Source: Pristiophorus japonicus (lineage: Eukaryota). Taken from it: a stretch of DNA of 64,000 bases. The notes under the pieces are model-generated. The model was given only the letters and a program-made list of their open reading frames with translations, did no database searches and was not told where the DNA came from. Where the stretch lies: NCBI RefSeq assembly GCF_044704955.1, contig NC_091999.1:38130001-38194000 (forward strand), given 5' to 3'. The translations under genes were made by a program, and so were the position numbers. Shown here one piece after another: positions 50,042-62,690 of the stretch. The stretch's first letter is position 1, and each line of letters begins with the position of its first letter.

Positions 50042-52116
50042 TTACTCCTTCAGCAGCCCAGCGAGGAACTTTTTGAGCCGGCGCAGCTCAAGGCCTTGCG
50101 CCTTTGATAAGGGCACGCACGCGGCCATGGTTTTAGTGGCGATGCGGACGGAAGCGATGAGCAATCCCGGCTCGGACCATCTTTCCCGGGCCAGATGGGC
50201 TTGGTCGCGGCGACCCTGGCTCTGGGCCAAAAAGTCCCGGAGTTCCTCTACGGGAATGAGGGGGGACTCAGCGGCGGGCACGAGGAGATCCACCGCCTCA
50301 CTGGCGATGGACTCGAGATCTACACCCGCGTCCTCCACCGAGTCCCCGTCCCCCTCCGGGTGGTCGCCGCTAGCAGCCGGCCCGTGGACCGCACGAGGTA
50401 CGGCAAACGGCCCGGCCGCTCCATCCGGCCCTGGCTCTGCTCCGATCCCACCCCCAGGATCGTCGACAGAGGAGTCTCCACTGGGCTCTGTTAAAAGTGG
50501 TGCTGGGTCAGGAAGTGACAGCGGAAGGGGATCCTCCCCCTCCCCAGGAACCGGGTAACACGGAGAGACCTGGCCAAAGTAATGTTCCAGGTCCTCCAAG
50601 TACCCCAGCTTCAAAGTCGGGGGCGAGGGTTGTTGTTCTTCCCCCTCCCCGCCGCCACCCCCCGGCCCAGCGTGTACAGATTCATAAAAATTGTTGATAC
50701 TGTGTATTTCCGCCGAGTCGAGCAAGTCCCGGGGGAAGTTGGATATTGGCTGGGCGGGCTCAGGTTCGGCATTTTCGGCCCCGCCCACCTCAGTCCCCGG
50801 GACGCTCGACCCGGCGGCAATGAAATCCACCGCTGGCCCCACGCCCCCCACGACAGGCAGATCTTCCACGCCATCCCCGGGAGGCAGAGGCTGGGCAGCC
50901 TCGACTCTCTCACCCTCCCCGGGGACAGATTCCTCCTGCCTACGGCGCAGTTTGGAGGCGCTCGTGGGGGACGCGGGACACGCGGCAGGCACCGACTCCT
51001 CCACGGAGGGATGTTGTTCCCCCTCCGCCTCATTGGAGCGGCGCCTCCTTTTGTTCCTGGGTGAGCGCGGAGGCAGGGAGACCTCCATGTCTGCCGAGGC
51101 CTCCCGCTCCACCCCCCTCCTTTTTCTTTTCTTGCCCGCGCCCGAGCCCCTCTGTGATACTGGTGAAGGGCTTGGGCATGGGCTCAGGGCACCCCGCGCT
51201 CGCCGATGTCAGGGTTGGGCTGAGCGCGGTGTTCAAGCTGTCTGGCGCACTGAGGGGACCCGCCTCGAGATGTTTTGCCTTCCTCCGCACCTTCTTTCCG
51301 ATCGGACGCTCTCCCTCTCCCCCCGCTGGAGGCATTGAAAACAAAGGCCCCCGACGATGACCGCGCACCCACAGCTCCCGGCACGCGGACGCTACTAGGG
51401 GGAGTGGTGGCGGCGGCGCCAGCCTTGGCCGCCTTCGGTGGTTTGGCGGCTTTGGAGGCGGAACAGTTCTTGCGAACGTGCCCCACCTCGCTGCAGGCAT
51501 GGCACCGCACGCCGTCCGACGTCCAAAAGACGCGGTAGGCTGTCCCCTCATGCACCACATTAAAATTGCCCTCCGTCGTCTCCTCCCGCGCCAGCCGGAC
51601 AAAGAGCTGGCGGCGGAAGGAGAAAACGTGGCGCAGGCTGCTCTCCCTGAGGCCGAGCGGTATGGGGTTGGTCCCCGACCTTACCTCCCCCAGTTGGTGT
51701 AGGTGAGGGAGGAGGAGCTGAGCGAGAACAAAGGGCGGGACTTTTGATATGATGACCCTCTGCGCGGTGGCCTCGAGAGGGTCCACCGGCAGGAACGTCC
51801 CGCCCACCGTGAGCCCCTTTTCGAGGGCCAGGGACACCGCCCGCTCTGACCCCATGAAGAACACGGCCTTCCCAGACATCTTGGAGGCTGTGACAATGGC
51901 CGAGGGGCCGACTACCCCAGCCATCGCCCGCACGCACTCTTCAATGCTCATTGTGGGGTGAGTGTAGCTCTTGACCCCGTGTTTTTTTGTTATCAGAATG
52001 AATGGTGGCAGGGCAGCAGGAGGCGCAGGAGGCGCAGGAGGCACCGTGGATGTGGACGCCGCCTGCGCATATGTCCTAGCTGGCCCTGCCACCAGCGTGG
52101 ATGGGGTCGCCATCAC
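50042..52116 (-). pseudogene. Tx1 ORF1 (nucleic-acid binding, zinc knuckle), frameshifted
   Basis: CHACSEVGHVRKNC (CX2CX4HX4C); continues via frames 51030-51602 and 50042-51112. Confidence 0.88.
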
Positions 52117-53055
52117 GGGGTCCCTTTAAGGGCTACACCCACCCCAAAGTCACAGGCCTTAATAGTCTTTAATTGGCCTCGTTGGTGTTTTGAGCAGAGG
52201 GAGCTCTAAAAGAGTCACACCTCTCCCCTAGTTCCCGAATGGGGAGGGGCCTTGCTCTCTCTGCTCAGTTGTCTTAATTGTTTTATAATTAGGAGCAAAG
52301 GGCTCTCACAGAGAGAGGGGAGAGACAGAGAGAGAGAGAGAAAGAGCGAGGGGGGTATGAAAGAGGGTAGCTGCGAGGGCAGGTCTCCCCTCACAGTGAT
52401 GGGTGGGTGTTTCTTGGGGTACACTCCCCAGATGGCAAAAAACACAGTCTTTGTAGAATGGTCTTCGGGTGGGGGGAGAAGATGTCATCACCTGGGTTAG
52501 CTGGAGCCACCCAGGCACACACTCCCAACGATGTTTAATAGGGTAATTAGTACTACTTCAGCCAGGTAGCTCCAGCTATCCCAGGCTAGGCAATGAGGGA
52601 GGTGTGATTCAGTGGTGTGTGGGGCCTAGCTGTAAGCAAGACCCCCACACACACTTCCACACACACACACCCGCCGCGATGTTCCGGCCCTCGAAATGTT
52701 TTCTTTCCTCCCCCCACCGATACAATAAAGTCTTTCGGGGAATGCACCAAAACACACCCACCTGTCGAAGATTGTCGAAATGGCTCTCCCTCCTTCCACA
52801 CTGGATGGTGTTTTCTCAGGATGTTCTTTTCCCCCTCTCTCCAACTCTCTGTAGTAGCAATAAATGATACATTTTCTGCTCTCCTCCTCTCCCTCTGGAC
52901 CTTGAATTGTAGTAAGCCAGCCCTCTCCTTCTCTTCCTGGGCTGGTCTCAGGGTTCACTCTCGGCCTTCCAGACAGGAGCTTCAGCAGGGAATTCCTTCT
53001 CTCACAGCAGCAATGCTCCAACTGATTAGGCCACGCCTCCAAAGCTCCATCATTG

Positions 53056-53713
53056 GTCCACAGATTCCCTGAAAGTAACAGGCCAGGTGGATAAGGTGAT
53101 TAATAAGGCATAATTAAAGCTTGCATTTATTAGCCGCGGCATAAAATACAAGAGCAGGGGGGGCTTATGCTTCAACTGTATAAAACACTGGTTTGGCCAC
53201 AGCTGAAGTATTGCGTGCAGTTCTGGTCACCGCATTGCAGGAAGGAGATGATTGAACTGGAGATTTACGAGCATGTTGCCGGTAGTGGGGAATATTAGCC
53301 ACGAGGACAGATTGGATAGCCTGGATTTGTTTTTCTTGGAACAGAGGGGAAACTTCATTGAGGTGTATAAAGTTATGACGGGCCGAGATATAGTGGATAG
53401 AAAGGGTCTATTGCCATTAGCAGAGGGATCAACAACTAGGATACATCAATTTAAAATAATTATTAAAAGTTTTAAAGGGGATTTGAGGGGAATTTCTTCA
53501 TGCAGTGTTGTGGTGGTCTGGAACTCACTGCCTGAAAGGATGGTGGAGGCAGAACCCCTCACCACATTTAAAAAGTACTTGGATATGCAACATATGTGCC
53601 ATAACCTGCAGGATTACAGACCTAGAGCTGGAACGTGTGATTAAGCTGGATAGCCTCTTGTTGGTCGAGGGCCTTAAATGGCCTCCTTCCGTGCTGTAAA
53701 CTTCTATGACTCT
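53056..53713 (+). mobile_element. CR1 3' fragment, right half of Tx1 target
   Basis: VHR.LKV..QVDKV, QLYKTLV.PQL.YCVQFWSP, TTCTATG tail. Confidence 0.9.
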
Positions 53714-54122
53714 ATTAGTCTATATGATCGAATTTCTGAACTGATTTAATGATTGCATGATTGACGTGTGATTTTAGCCATGCATTTAATGAAGGGATAT
53801 TCTGCGTCAGTAAATGGTTGACAATCAGTGAACGATAAACAGTTTTAGTCACGAAGCTGCACCTAAAACTCCATGGCCTGTTCTCAGTGTCCTGCTCCTC
53901 ATTCATTGCTTCAGTCCGCCCTCGCTCCTTCACATTCGCTGTTCCCGCTTCCCTTCCTCAAACACTATTCAAATCTTAACAGATCAATCTCTGCCGACAG
54001 GTAACTGAATAATTCCCATTGCGAGGTGAAGTATCTAAGACTGAAATATGATCAAAATAAATAAACATCAAGGAGGAGTGATACATAATGTTACTGATTT
54101 CTTTTCTGTCTCTTTCTTGCAG

Positions 54123-55032
54123 CTAACTTGGTGACAATTGTGATCCTGTCCCGAGGAAAGTGCGGTCTTTCCAGATGTATCACTTGGTACCTGCTGTCCA
54201 TGGCAGTGGCAGATCTCCTGGTCATTATCACCGCTGTGATATTAAACCGGATCAGTGGAATTTATCTTCAATTTAGTCTGCTGTCCACCACTCCAGGCTG
54301 TACTATAACATCTATCCTAATTTATGTCGCCACGGATAGTTCCGTCTGGTTAACGGTCGCTTTCACCTTCGATCGATTTGTGGCCATATGATGCCAGAAA
54401 TTGAAACAAAATATTGCACTGAGAAAAATGCGGCTCTGATTATAGTCATGGTCGGTTCCCTGAGCTGTTTAAAAAACATTCCTTCTTATCTCACATATGG
54501 ACCTATGTTCATAACTGACAATGTCCCGTGGTTATGTAACATCAAAGTAATATTTTATACTTCTCCTCTATGGATAGTATATGACTGGCTTGACAGAATT
54601 TTAACGCCATGACTCCCCTTTCTCCTGATATTGCTGCTCAATGCTCTGACCGTCAGACATATTCTAGCGACCAGCAGAGCCCGCAGGAGGCTCCGGGCCC
54701 ATAGCAGTGGAGAGAATCAAAGCGACCCAGAGATGGAGAGACGGAGAAAGTCCATCGTTTTACTCTTTACCATCTCAGGCAGATTCATCCTATTATGGAC
54801 AGTGTACGTTGTAAATTTCTTGTATGTCCGAATTACAAAGAATAATTATTTCTCAGGTTCCAATTTCAAAGACCCAAAATGTATTCTCCAAGAAACCGGA
54901 AATAGTCTTCAGCTTTTGAGTTCCTGCACAAACACGTGTATTTATGCAGTGATCCAGAGTAAATTCAGAGAGGAGTTAATGGATGCGCTGAAATATCCAA
55001 TGAATCTCTTTATAAAATTAATCAAATTATAA
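54123..55032 (+). pseudogene. GPR139/GPR142-like class A GPCR, main coding exon, pseudogene
   Basis: Polypyrimidine tract plus AG acceptor at 54122; ANLVTIVILSRGKCGLS, MAVADLL, TVAFTFDRFVAI, SSCTNTCIY; TGA at 54389 and 54610 and a frameshift near 54406. Confidence 0.88.
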
Positions 55033-55141
55033 AAATGTATTTTCGTGTTAATTCTGCATAATATCACACCCAGTGGGCCATCCTGTCCTGTCAGTTCTGA
55101 ACCAGCTTTGTCCAGCTCCATCAGCCCAAATAACATGGCCC

Positions 55142-55231
55142 ATCTCGACATCCAAGTCTGAGAAATCGAATATCTCGACATCCACATGCGCGATATCGTA
55201 TATCTTGACATCCATGTGTGAGAAATCGTAC
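55142..55231. repeat. 30-bp tandem repeat x3
   Basis: ATCTCGACATCCA...AAATCGNAT units at 55142, 55172 and 55202. Confidence 0.85.
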
Positions 55232-55380
55232 AACTGATTTGCGTGTAATTAAGATTATATTTTAATCAGAGGGCCTTATTTCAGTACTGCCGGCGGTTTG
55301 TTTCCTCAGAGTAGTATTATCATACGAATGCTAGCAAATACTTTTCCATTCTATTGAGCTCTCATGAATCACCATCGGCT

Positions 55381-55492
55381 CACTGCATTACAACAGTGAC
55401 TACACTTTCAAAAAGTATTTCACTGGCTGTAAAGCGCATTGAGACGTTCACGCGTTGTGAAAGGTGCTATATAAAGCCAGTACTTTCTTTAT
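55381..55492 (+). mobile_element. SINE 3' tail (L2-type, SacSINE1-like)
   Basis: CATTACAACAGTGACTACACTT...GGCTGTAAAGCGC...GTGAAAGGTGCTATATAAA. Confidence 0.65.
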
Positions 55493-55624
55493 TTCCTTGT
55501 TAGAGTCAGGATTATGCGACTATGTGACAACCAGTTGTTATCCTGTAGAGACCGCTCTGAATAACCTTGATTCATAACTCTCAGGAATATTGCGAGTGGT
55601 GGATCATGGCAGCAGTCTCTGTGA

Positions 55625-56972
55625 TCCTGCGAAAAATAGAGACAAAATTAACAGTCACTTGGACAAGTATGGATTAATTAAAGGAAGCCAGTATGCAGTT
55701 GTTAAAGGTAAATGGTGTTTAAATAACTTGATTGAGTATTTTTACATTGGTAACAGAGAGGGTAGATGAGGACAATGCGGTTGATGTGGTATACATGGAC
55801 TTACAAAAGGCATTTGTCGAAGTGCCAGCTAGTACGTTTGCCTGCAAAGTAGAAGCCCATAGAGTAAAAGGGAAAGTGACAGCATGGGTACCAAATATGC
55901 TGAATTACAGGAAAGAGGGATTAGTGATGAATGGTATGTGTTTCTGGCTGGAAGCTGTTTTTCAGGTATCAGTGTTACCCAGGGGTCTTTATCAGGAACG
56001 TTGCTTTTCTTGATATATATTGACGAATTGGACTTGGGTGTACATGTCTCAATTGCAAAATTTACAGACGACACAAAACTTAGAAGTATGCTGAACATTG
56101 ACGCGGACAGTGATAGACTTCAAAAGGGGACCGCAGGCTGGCGGAATTAGCGGACCCGTGGCAGATGAAATCCAATGCAGAAAAGTGTGAAGTGTAACAT
56201 TTTGGTAGGAAGAACGAGGAGAAGCAGTATAAATTAAAGGGTACAATCCTAAAGGGCGTGCATGAACAGAGAGACCTGGGATACACGTTCACAAATCGTT
56301 GAGAGTGGCAGGTTGAGAAAGCAGTTAAAATAACAATCGCCATCCTGGGCTTCATAAATAGAGGCATAGCGTACCAAAGCATGGAAGTTAAGATAATCCT
56401 CTATAAAACGCTCGTTCGTGCTCAACTGGAGTGTTGTATCCAATGCTGTGCATCACACTTTAGGAAGGATGTGAAGGCCTTCGAGAGAGTGCAGAAAAAT
56501 TAGAAGAATGGTTCCAGGGATGAGGGATTTCATCTACGTGCATAGACTGGAGAAGCTGGAATTGTTCTCTGGAGCAGTGAACCTTGAGAGGACATTTGAT
56601 AGAGGTATTCAAAATCATGAGGGTTCTGGACAGAAAAGACAGGGTGAAACTCTTCTCATTGGCGGAAGGTTCGAGAACAAGAGGACACAGATTTAAGTGG
56701 ACTGGCAAAAGAACCAAAGGCGACTTGAGGAATAACTTTTATATGCAGCGAGTGGTTATGATCTGGAAAGCACTGCCTGAAAGGATGGTGGTGGCAAGTT
56801 CAATGGTGGTTTTCAAAAGGATGTTGGATAGCTACCTAAAGCGGAAAAATGCAGGGCTATGGGGAAAAGGTGGGGAGTGGGAATAGCTGAGGTGCTCTTG
56901 CAGAGTGCGGACAGGGGCTCCACAGGCCGAAATGTATCCATTTATGCTGTAACCCAATCTATGATTCTATGA
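55625..56972 (+). mobile_element. Old CR1 LINE 3' portion
   Basis: VDVVYMDLQKAF, KFTDDTKL, RTRGHRFK motifs; TCTATGA tail. Confidence 0.9.
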
Positions 56973-59029
56973 TCCTGCACCAGCCACAATATAATGATAT
57001 GATGGTACGATATGGGCGCACTTACAACGTCACCAACAACACCTTAAAATTGAAATTCTATTTCCCATTGCAAGCTGCTATACTCAGTAAAGTGAGCAAC
57101 TGTTTGGCAGGGAGGTATAACAGAAAGTAAAGAAGCATTGCATGCAATTCCTTTCCTGGTAAAAGGCACCAAATTCTTTAATTGGGTAACAGCATTTGAA
57201 TAGGATTGACGAATCGCCACGATGTAGTTACTCTCCTCCCTCTCATGTGAATTTGGCGCATCACTCAGAATGCCACTCAGTAACAATAAAGGAGGAGTTA
57301 CACACATTTTGGAGGAGCATTGCTCTGGGTAGTATTTCTGAATGGTAATTCAAGCCTCCCTCCCAACTGCACCTCACTTGTTCAAATTAAGAAAATATTC
57401 GGGGATGCAATTTAACCATTCAACGTTATGAATATTGCAAAAGAAGAAATTGGAATCAGTAAATAGAGTGAACGAGAGAAAGTGTGAGAGAGGAGAGAAA
57501 GATTGAAATGGAGAAAGAACAAGAAGCGTAAGAGAACAAAATAAGGTAATAGTAAAAGAAAGCAAAAATGACAGAAACCAAGAAATGTTTAACTTGGTGA
57601 TTGTCCTTCTATACCCGCTGTTTCTCTTAGATGTTTGTATCTATTCTCGAGATATGGGCGTAGATGGCAAGGCCGGAATTTATTGTGCATTACTGGCTGC
57701 CCTTGAAAAAGTGTTGGTGGGCTTTCTCCTTGCACCGCTGCAGTCCATGTGGTGAATGTGATGTCACGTAGGAAGTTCCAGTATTTCAACCCATGGACAA
57801 TAAAGTAACAACGATAAATGAAAATTCCGGATGGTGCTTGACATATAGAATCACACAATAATACAGCATTGAAGGAGGTCGTCTGACCAATCTTGTCTGT
57901 GCTCGCTCTGTGAAAGAACCTTCTCCAAACTACTCCTTCCATTAACCCCGCTGTGTTTTGGTCGACACGAATACGCTTCTTCTTATAATTTGCTGTAAAG
58001 AGACTTGCAGCATGATTCAAGGGGAATTGGAGCATTGCTGCGGGACAACGGTCCCGTACGTAGAATGATACAACACCTAAGGACGCCGTTACGATCCTTT
58101 GTGCCTCCTCTTTGCAAGAGCTGTTCAATTAGTCCCACACCTTTGCATTCCGCCATAGAACTGTTCGTTTATTCGTAAAAGTGTTTACACAATTCGATTT
58201 TGAACGTTGCTACTGACTCTGCTTCCTCCCCCTTTTCAGGCTCTGCATTGCGGATCAAAGCAACTCGCCTGGTAAAATAATGTTTCCTCGTGTCATCTGT
58301 GGTTCCTTTCCCAATTACTTTAAATCTTTGTCCTTTGGTTACCGACCCTTCTGCTAGTGGAAACAGTTTCCCTAATTTAATCTCTCAAAACTCTTCATAA
58401 TTTTGAACAACTCTATTAAATCTCTTCTTAACCTTCTCTGTTTTAATGAGATCAATGCCAGCTTCTCCAGTCCCTGCACAGAATCCCCTCATCCCTGTTA
58501 TGAAAAAAAATTCAACATGTTGTTTTAAAAGTTCCCTCAATTACAGATATTGCTTTATCGAATCGCTCGATGACAGATATCTTCTTGGTTTGGTCTGTGG
58601 TTTCCCTGGAATTTTTTACATAGTCGATCAGTTTGAAGCACCGTGATTCTCAGTCAACAGAAATAGACGGCGCTGTATTCATTTTCTGCTACAAAAATTG
58701 ACAAAGGAAAAATTAATATTCATTTAAATGACGAGCATCGAATTTTCCTCTTGCAAAATCGGCACCAATTTCCCTGGTGTTATTGCGGTATAAGGTAAAC
58801 TGCGTTGCCGGGATCAGGTGCAGGCGTACTAGTAACGATCTGGATCTTCGGAACTGGTGTTGTAAGTACATTTATTTCAGCTTTATCTCCTTCATATACC
58901 GTCGTCTCATATTGAGGCTGCATTACCGAACTCCATTGGATTTTACCTGTAAAAATTATTTAAATCATCATTTAATGTCCTTCTTAATTAGCATAATTTA
59001 AACCAGCGCAGGGAACACTTACCACAACC

Positions 59030-59200
59030 TACCTGCTACCGAGATTATTCTGGTGAAATACATCGGCTATTATGAAGGTAATATATTTTGCCAGAGACGT
59101 TTCTCTGCAGATCTCTAAATTGTGACAAAGTTTACCAGTTTAACCATCTCTGGGCTGCAGATGACCGAACCTGCAATTTTTTTTAACGTGCCCTGGGGCT
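59030..59200 (+). pseudogene. T-cell receptor V-alpha/V-delta-like segment remnant (FR3)
   Basis: 59098-59200 translates RFSADL*IVTKFTSLTISGLQMTEPAIF.. then (frameshift) RALG, matching TCR V FR3 RFS.ELQ...KFTSLTISGLQLTDSAVYYCAL; ends exactly at an RSS. Confidence 0.75.
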
Positions 59201-59239
59201 CACAGTGATGGAACTCAGTTCAACCCTCGTACAGAACCT
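59201..59239 (+). promoter_or_regulatory. 23-bp-spacer recombination signal sequence
   Basis: CACAGTG + 23 nt + ACAGAACCT (perfect heptamer, nonamer 6/9). Confidence 0.75.
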
Positions 59240-59919
59240 CCCGCCACTTTGTAGATCTTGGCTCCGACTGCTGAAGTCGTATATAACGGCGGGCAGATCC
59301 TGCCACATTGGTTCCTGTGAGCCGACACATACTGAGATGGACCCAAAGGACAGTCTCCTGTATGAAGGGCTCACAATAAACTGATTTCTTGATACTCGGG
59401 GAAATGTCCTGCAGAGCCAATCAATTGGGCAGGTTGAGTATCTTAGCGACATACACGAAGCAGATGCCAACTGGTTGCAGCTAAAGTTAATTGTGAGAAC
59501 AGCATGACAACATTCGCTGGCATCACCTCGGATCTAGAATCAGAATATTAAGCCTGTGCTGGCACTTTGAAAGAGCTATTGTATTAGTCCCAATCTTTTC
59601 TGAAAGCCCTGCAATTTTCTCCCTTTAGATATTTAACTAATTCCCTTTTGAAAGTTAATATTAAGTCTTTCCCCCCACTCTTTCACGTAGTATATTCCTG
59701 ATCATAACTGCATCAATAAATTCGGCCCTTTTCACCTCAGGCTCCTTTTCCAATTTGCTTAAATCAGAAATCAAACATCAGGAAATATATGTGTCCCTGG
59801 TACTAACTTCAACTGAGTTGCGTACCTGGATTCCGTGGATGACGCCATAATTCCTCGCATACATCATAGCACAGTGATTGGCTGTTTCTTCGAAGGTTAC
59901 TGCCGTATCCGTAGGATTT

Positions 59920-60206
59920 GTTCACTGATTTCACGTTGATAGTATCAGAAGGAATGGCGCAGAGCAGGAAGACAGGATCTCCAGGGTGATGTTCAGTGAG
60001 TTCGGCGAATGGTATCAAAGGGAATGAAGCAGAGCAGGGAGGCAGGATCCCTAGGAAGATGTTCAGTGAGTTCAGGGAGATGGTATCAGAAGGAATGGAG
60101 CAGAGCAGTGAGAACAAATCCGTGGTTGATGTTCAGTGAGTTAAGCGAGATGGTATCAGAGGGAATAGTGCAGAGCAGACAGAAAGGCAGTCCGGGGAAG
60201 AAGTGA
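59920..60206. repeat. 70-bp tandem repeat x4
   Basis: GTTCAGTGAGTT...ATGGTATCAGAAGGAATGG.GCAGAGCAG units at 59920, 59991, 60061 and 60131. Confidence 0.9.
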
Positions 60207-60229
60207 CAGCGGGTCGTGTTTAATTTGAG

Positions 60230-61035
60230 ATCATGCACTTTGGCAGAAAAAAATCAAAGAGCCAGTTATTATTTAAATGGAAAAAGATTGCAAAGTGCCA
60301 CAGTTCAGCGGGACCTGGGGGTACTTGTGCATGAAACACAAAAGGATGATATGCAGGTACAGCGAGTGATCAGGAAGGCCATTGGTATCTTGGCCATTAT
60401 TGTGAAGGGGATGGAGTATAAAAGCAGGGAAGTCTTGCTACAGTTATACAGGATATTGGGGAGGCCACAGCTGGAACTGTGTGCGGTTTTGGTTTACATA
60501 TTTATGAAAGGATATACTTGCTTTGGAGGCAGTTCAGAGAAGGTTCACTCGGATGATTCCGGAGATGAGGGGGTTGACTTATGAGGAAAGGTTGAGTAGT
60601 TTGGGCCTCGACTCATTGGAATTCAGATCAATGAGATGTGATCTTATCGAAATGTATCAGATTATGAGGGGGCTTGACAAGGTGGATGCAGAGAGGATGT
60701 TTGCACTGATGGGGGAGATTAGAATTAGAGGGCATGATCTTAAAATATGGGGCCGCCCAATTAAAAAAGAGATGAGGAGAAATTTCCTCTCTAAGAGGGT
60801 TGTAAATCTGTGGACTTCGCTGCCTCAGAGAGCCGTGGAAGCTGGGACATTGAATAACCATATGATAGAAATAGACAGTTTTTTAAACGATAAGGGGCTA
60901 TGGGGAGCATGCAGGGAAGTGGAGCTCAGGACATTATCATATCAGCCATGATATTATTGAATGGCGGAGCAGGCTCGAGATGCAGTATGGCCTACTCCTG
61001 TTCCAATTTCTTATATTCTTATGTTTTTATGTATG
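60230..61035 (+). mobile_element. CR1 LINE 3' fragment
   Basis: YYLNGKRL..VQRDLGVLVH, VQRRFTRMIP; TTATG tail. Confidence 0.92.
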
Positions 61036-61472
61036 TTCCTCATAAAGGAGAACGGCTGGCAGTGATTACCGTACTCATTTCTGTCTGTGTGGACCATATG
61101 CATTCAGGTCACCTTTAAAGAGTTGAATCGAAAACAAAACTTACATTCTACGAATGCCCTCCCAGAGAGGAGGATGTCAATCGTATATTTGGGCAGAACA
61201 AAACGACAATGATTTTACATCAGAAATTGATATTGCCCGTGCATCACACATTCTGTATGTAGGTGCCCAACGGGCACAAAGCTCCAAATGTACCTGCAGA
61301 TGCAGCGTGAACCCTCATCTCTCTCTGTCAAAAATAGTCTCTCCACCTGTCGTCTCTTTCTTGGCTTTCTGTATGTATATAACAGAAACATTGGAGCGCC
61401 TGTCTGTGTGTCAGTTAGGCCCCAGTCTTTGGGAATCATTCCAAGAGTTTGTGCTCCCTAGTGTGTCTGGAA

Positions 61473-61772
61473 GTGTTTGATGGGACAGTATCGAGTGAGC
61501 TTTAATCTGTATTTAACCCGTGCTGCTCCTGCCCTGGGTGTGTTTGATGGGACGGTGTAGAGGGAGATTTATTCTATATTAAACCCGTGCTGTACCTGCC
61601 CTGGGAGGGTATGGAGTGCAAGTGTAGATGGAGCTGTTCTCTGTATCTAACCCGTACTGCACCTGCCCTGGGAGTTCTGATGGGACAGTGCAGAGGGAGC
61701 TTTACTCTGTATCTAACCCGTGTTGTACCTGCCCTGAGAGTGTTTGTTCGGACAGTAGAGGGAGATTTGCTC
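61473..61772. repeat. 67-bp minisatellite, about 4.5 copies
   Basis: GTGTTTGATGGGACAGTGTAGAGGGAGCTTTACTCTGTATCTAACCCGTGCTGTACCTGCCCTGGGA unit. Confidence 0.92.
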
Positions 61773-62543
61773 TGACGCATACTATACTGTATCGGACTTT
61801 GGTGCATCAGAGGCCTGCTCTTTAATATAACCTGGCACGTGAAAGACCATAATATTAGAGGAGACCGCCTGGTCGCTGTGCAGTCATTCCGCCTCTGGTG
61901 CATGATGCAACAAGACAGGGGAAAATGTGCCTTCACTCTGATGGGACACTAGGTGGCGCAGTGGCTCCTTAACCGAAGGGACTTGGATTCAAACACAAAC
62001 AGGATAGGACGCGGGAAGAATAAATTTCATGGAAATAAAACAAATTGTGATAGGGAAATAGAACATGTGAAGGAGCCTTGGAGTAAGGAGTTCAGCAAAG
62101 TCCAATTTATTCCATTTGCCATTGCAGTTTTATTAACAATTTCACAGAGAACAATTTACAGAGAAGGTTTTCAAAAGTTCACACAAATTGAATATAACAA
62201 ATGAGCGTCACATTAATACCAGAACACAGTCGGTCTGAGCTGCCAGCTATCTGTACAACTCTAACAGACAGCAGGGAGAGAAACAGATGTTCAACACCAA
62301 GGGAAGGGAATAATTGTGAATCATGAATGATAAAATGACTTATGTACACATGAGATATTCAAACAATTGTTTAACTCCGAGATACATTTACATTATAGCC
62401 ACGGTTATCTCACACATTTCAAACAGAGAAATGAAAAAGTTGAAGGCAATTGACTCCGGGAATCACCAAGAGGACATAATTTATTTTCAAGACACAGTTA
62501 ACAACCAGAGGAGAAAAATCCACAGCGGCCGAAATTCAGTCAA

Positions 62544-62552
62544 TCACTTGAC
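62544..62552 (-). CDS. IGHM: IgM membrane exon TM2 (V-K-stop)
   Basis: TTTAACAG|GTC AAG TGA; completes the KVK cytoplasmic tail; AATAAA at 62134-62129 and 62111-62106. Confidence 0.88.
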   Translation of the reverse strand, partial: VK

Positions 62553-62690
62553 CTGTTAAAGAGGGATAAAAGTTTGAAGCAGCGTTTTAGTGATTTGGCG
62601 CATTAATTTCAGGGTTGTTATCAATGAAACATTTAGAGATTTGTCAAACCTCTTCAATCAACTCGAACTGAGTGCATTGAATCTTCTCAC

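Larger units (their letters stand above)
45885..53055 (-). mobile_element. Full-length Tx1-clade (L1 group) non-LTR retrotransposon, ~7.2 kb
   Basis: 5' UTR, ORF1 with zinc knuckle, ORF2 EN-RT-CCHC, A-rich 3' end; GTCCACAGA duplicated at 45872-45880 and 53056-53064. Confidence 0.93.

Noticed and set aside
46101-52000. Many long overlapping ORFs in other frames of the Tx1 element
   Set aside because: Expected by-product of high GC content; only ORF1 and ORF2 carry domain motifs.
57589-58128. 179-aa ORF
   Set aside because: Runs across decayed repeat fragments with no coherent domain.
61280-61315. QMYLQMQ resembling IgVH FR3
   Set aside because: Isolated short match; no D-x-A-x-YYC or RSS follows.
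59920-61772. CRISPR-like appearance of regularly spaced repeats
   Set aside because: Whole units are homologous with no unique spacers; vertebrate DNA, no cas genes.
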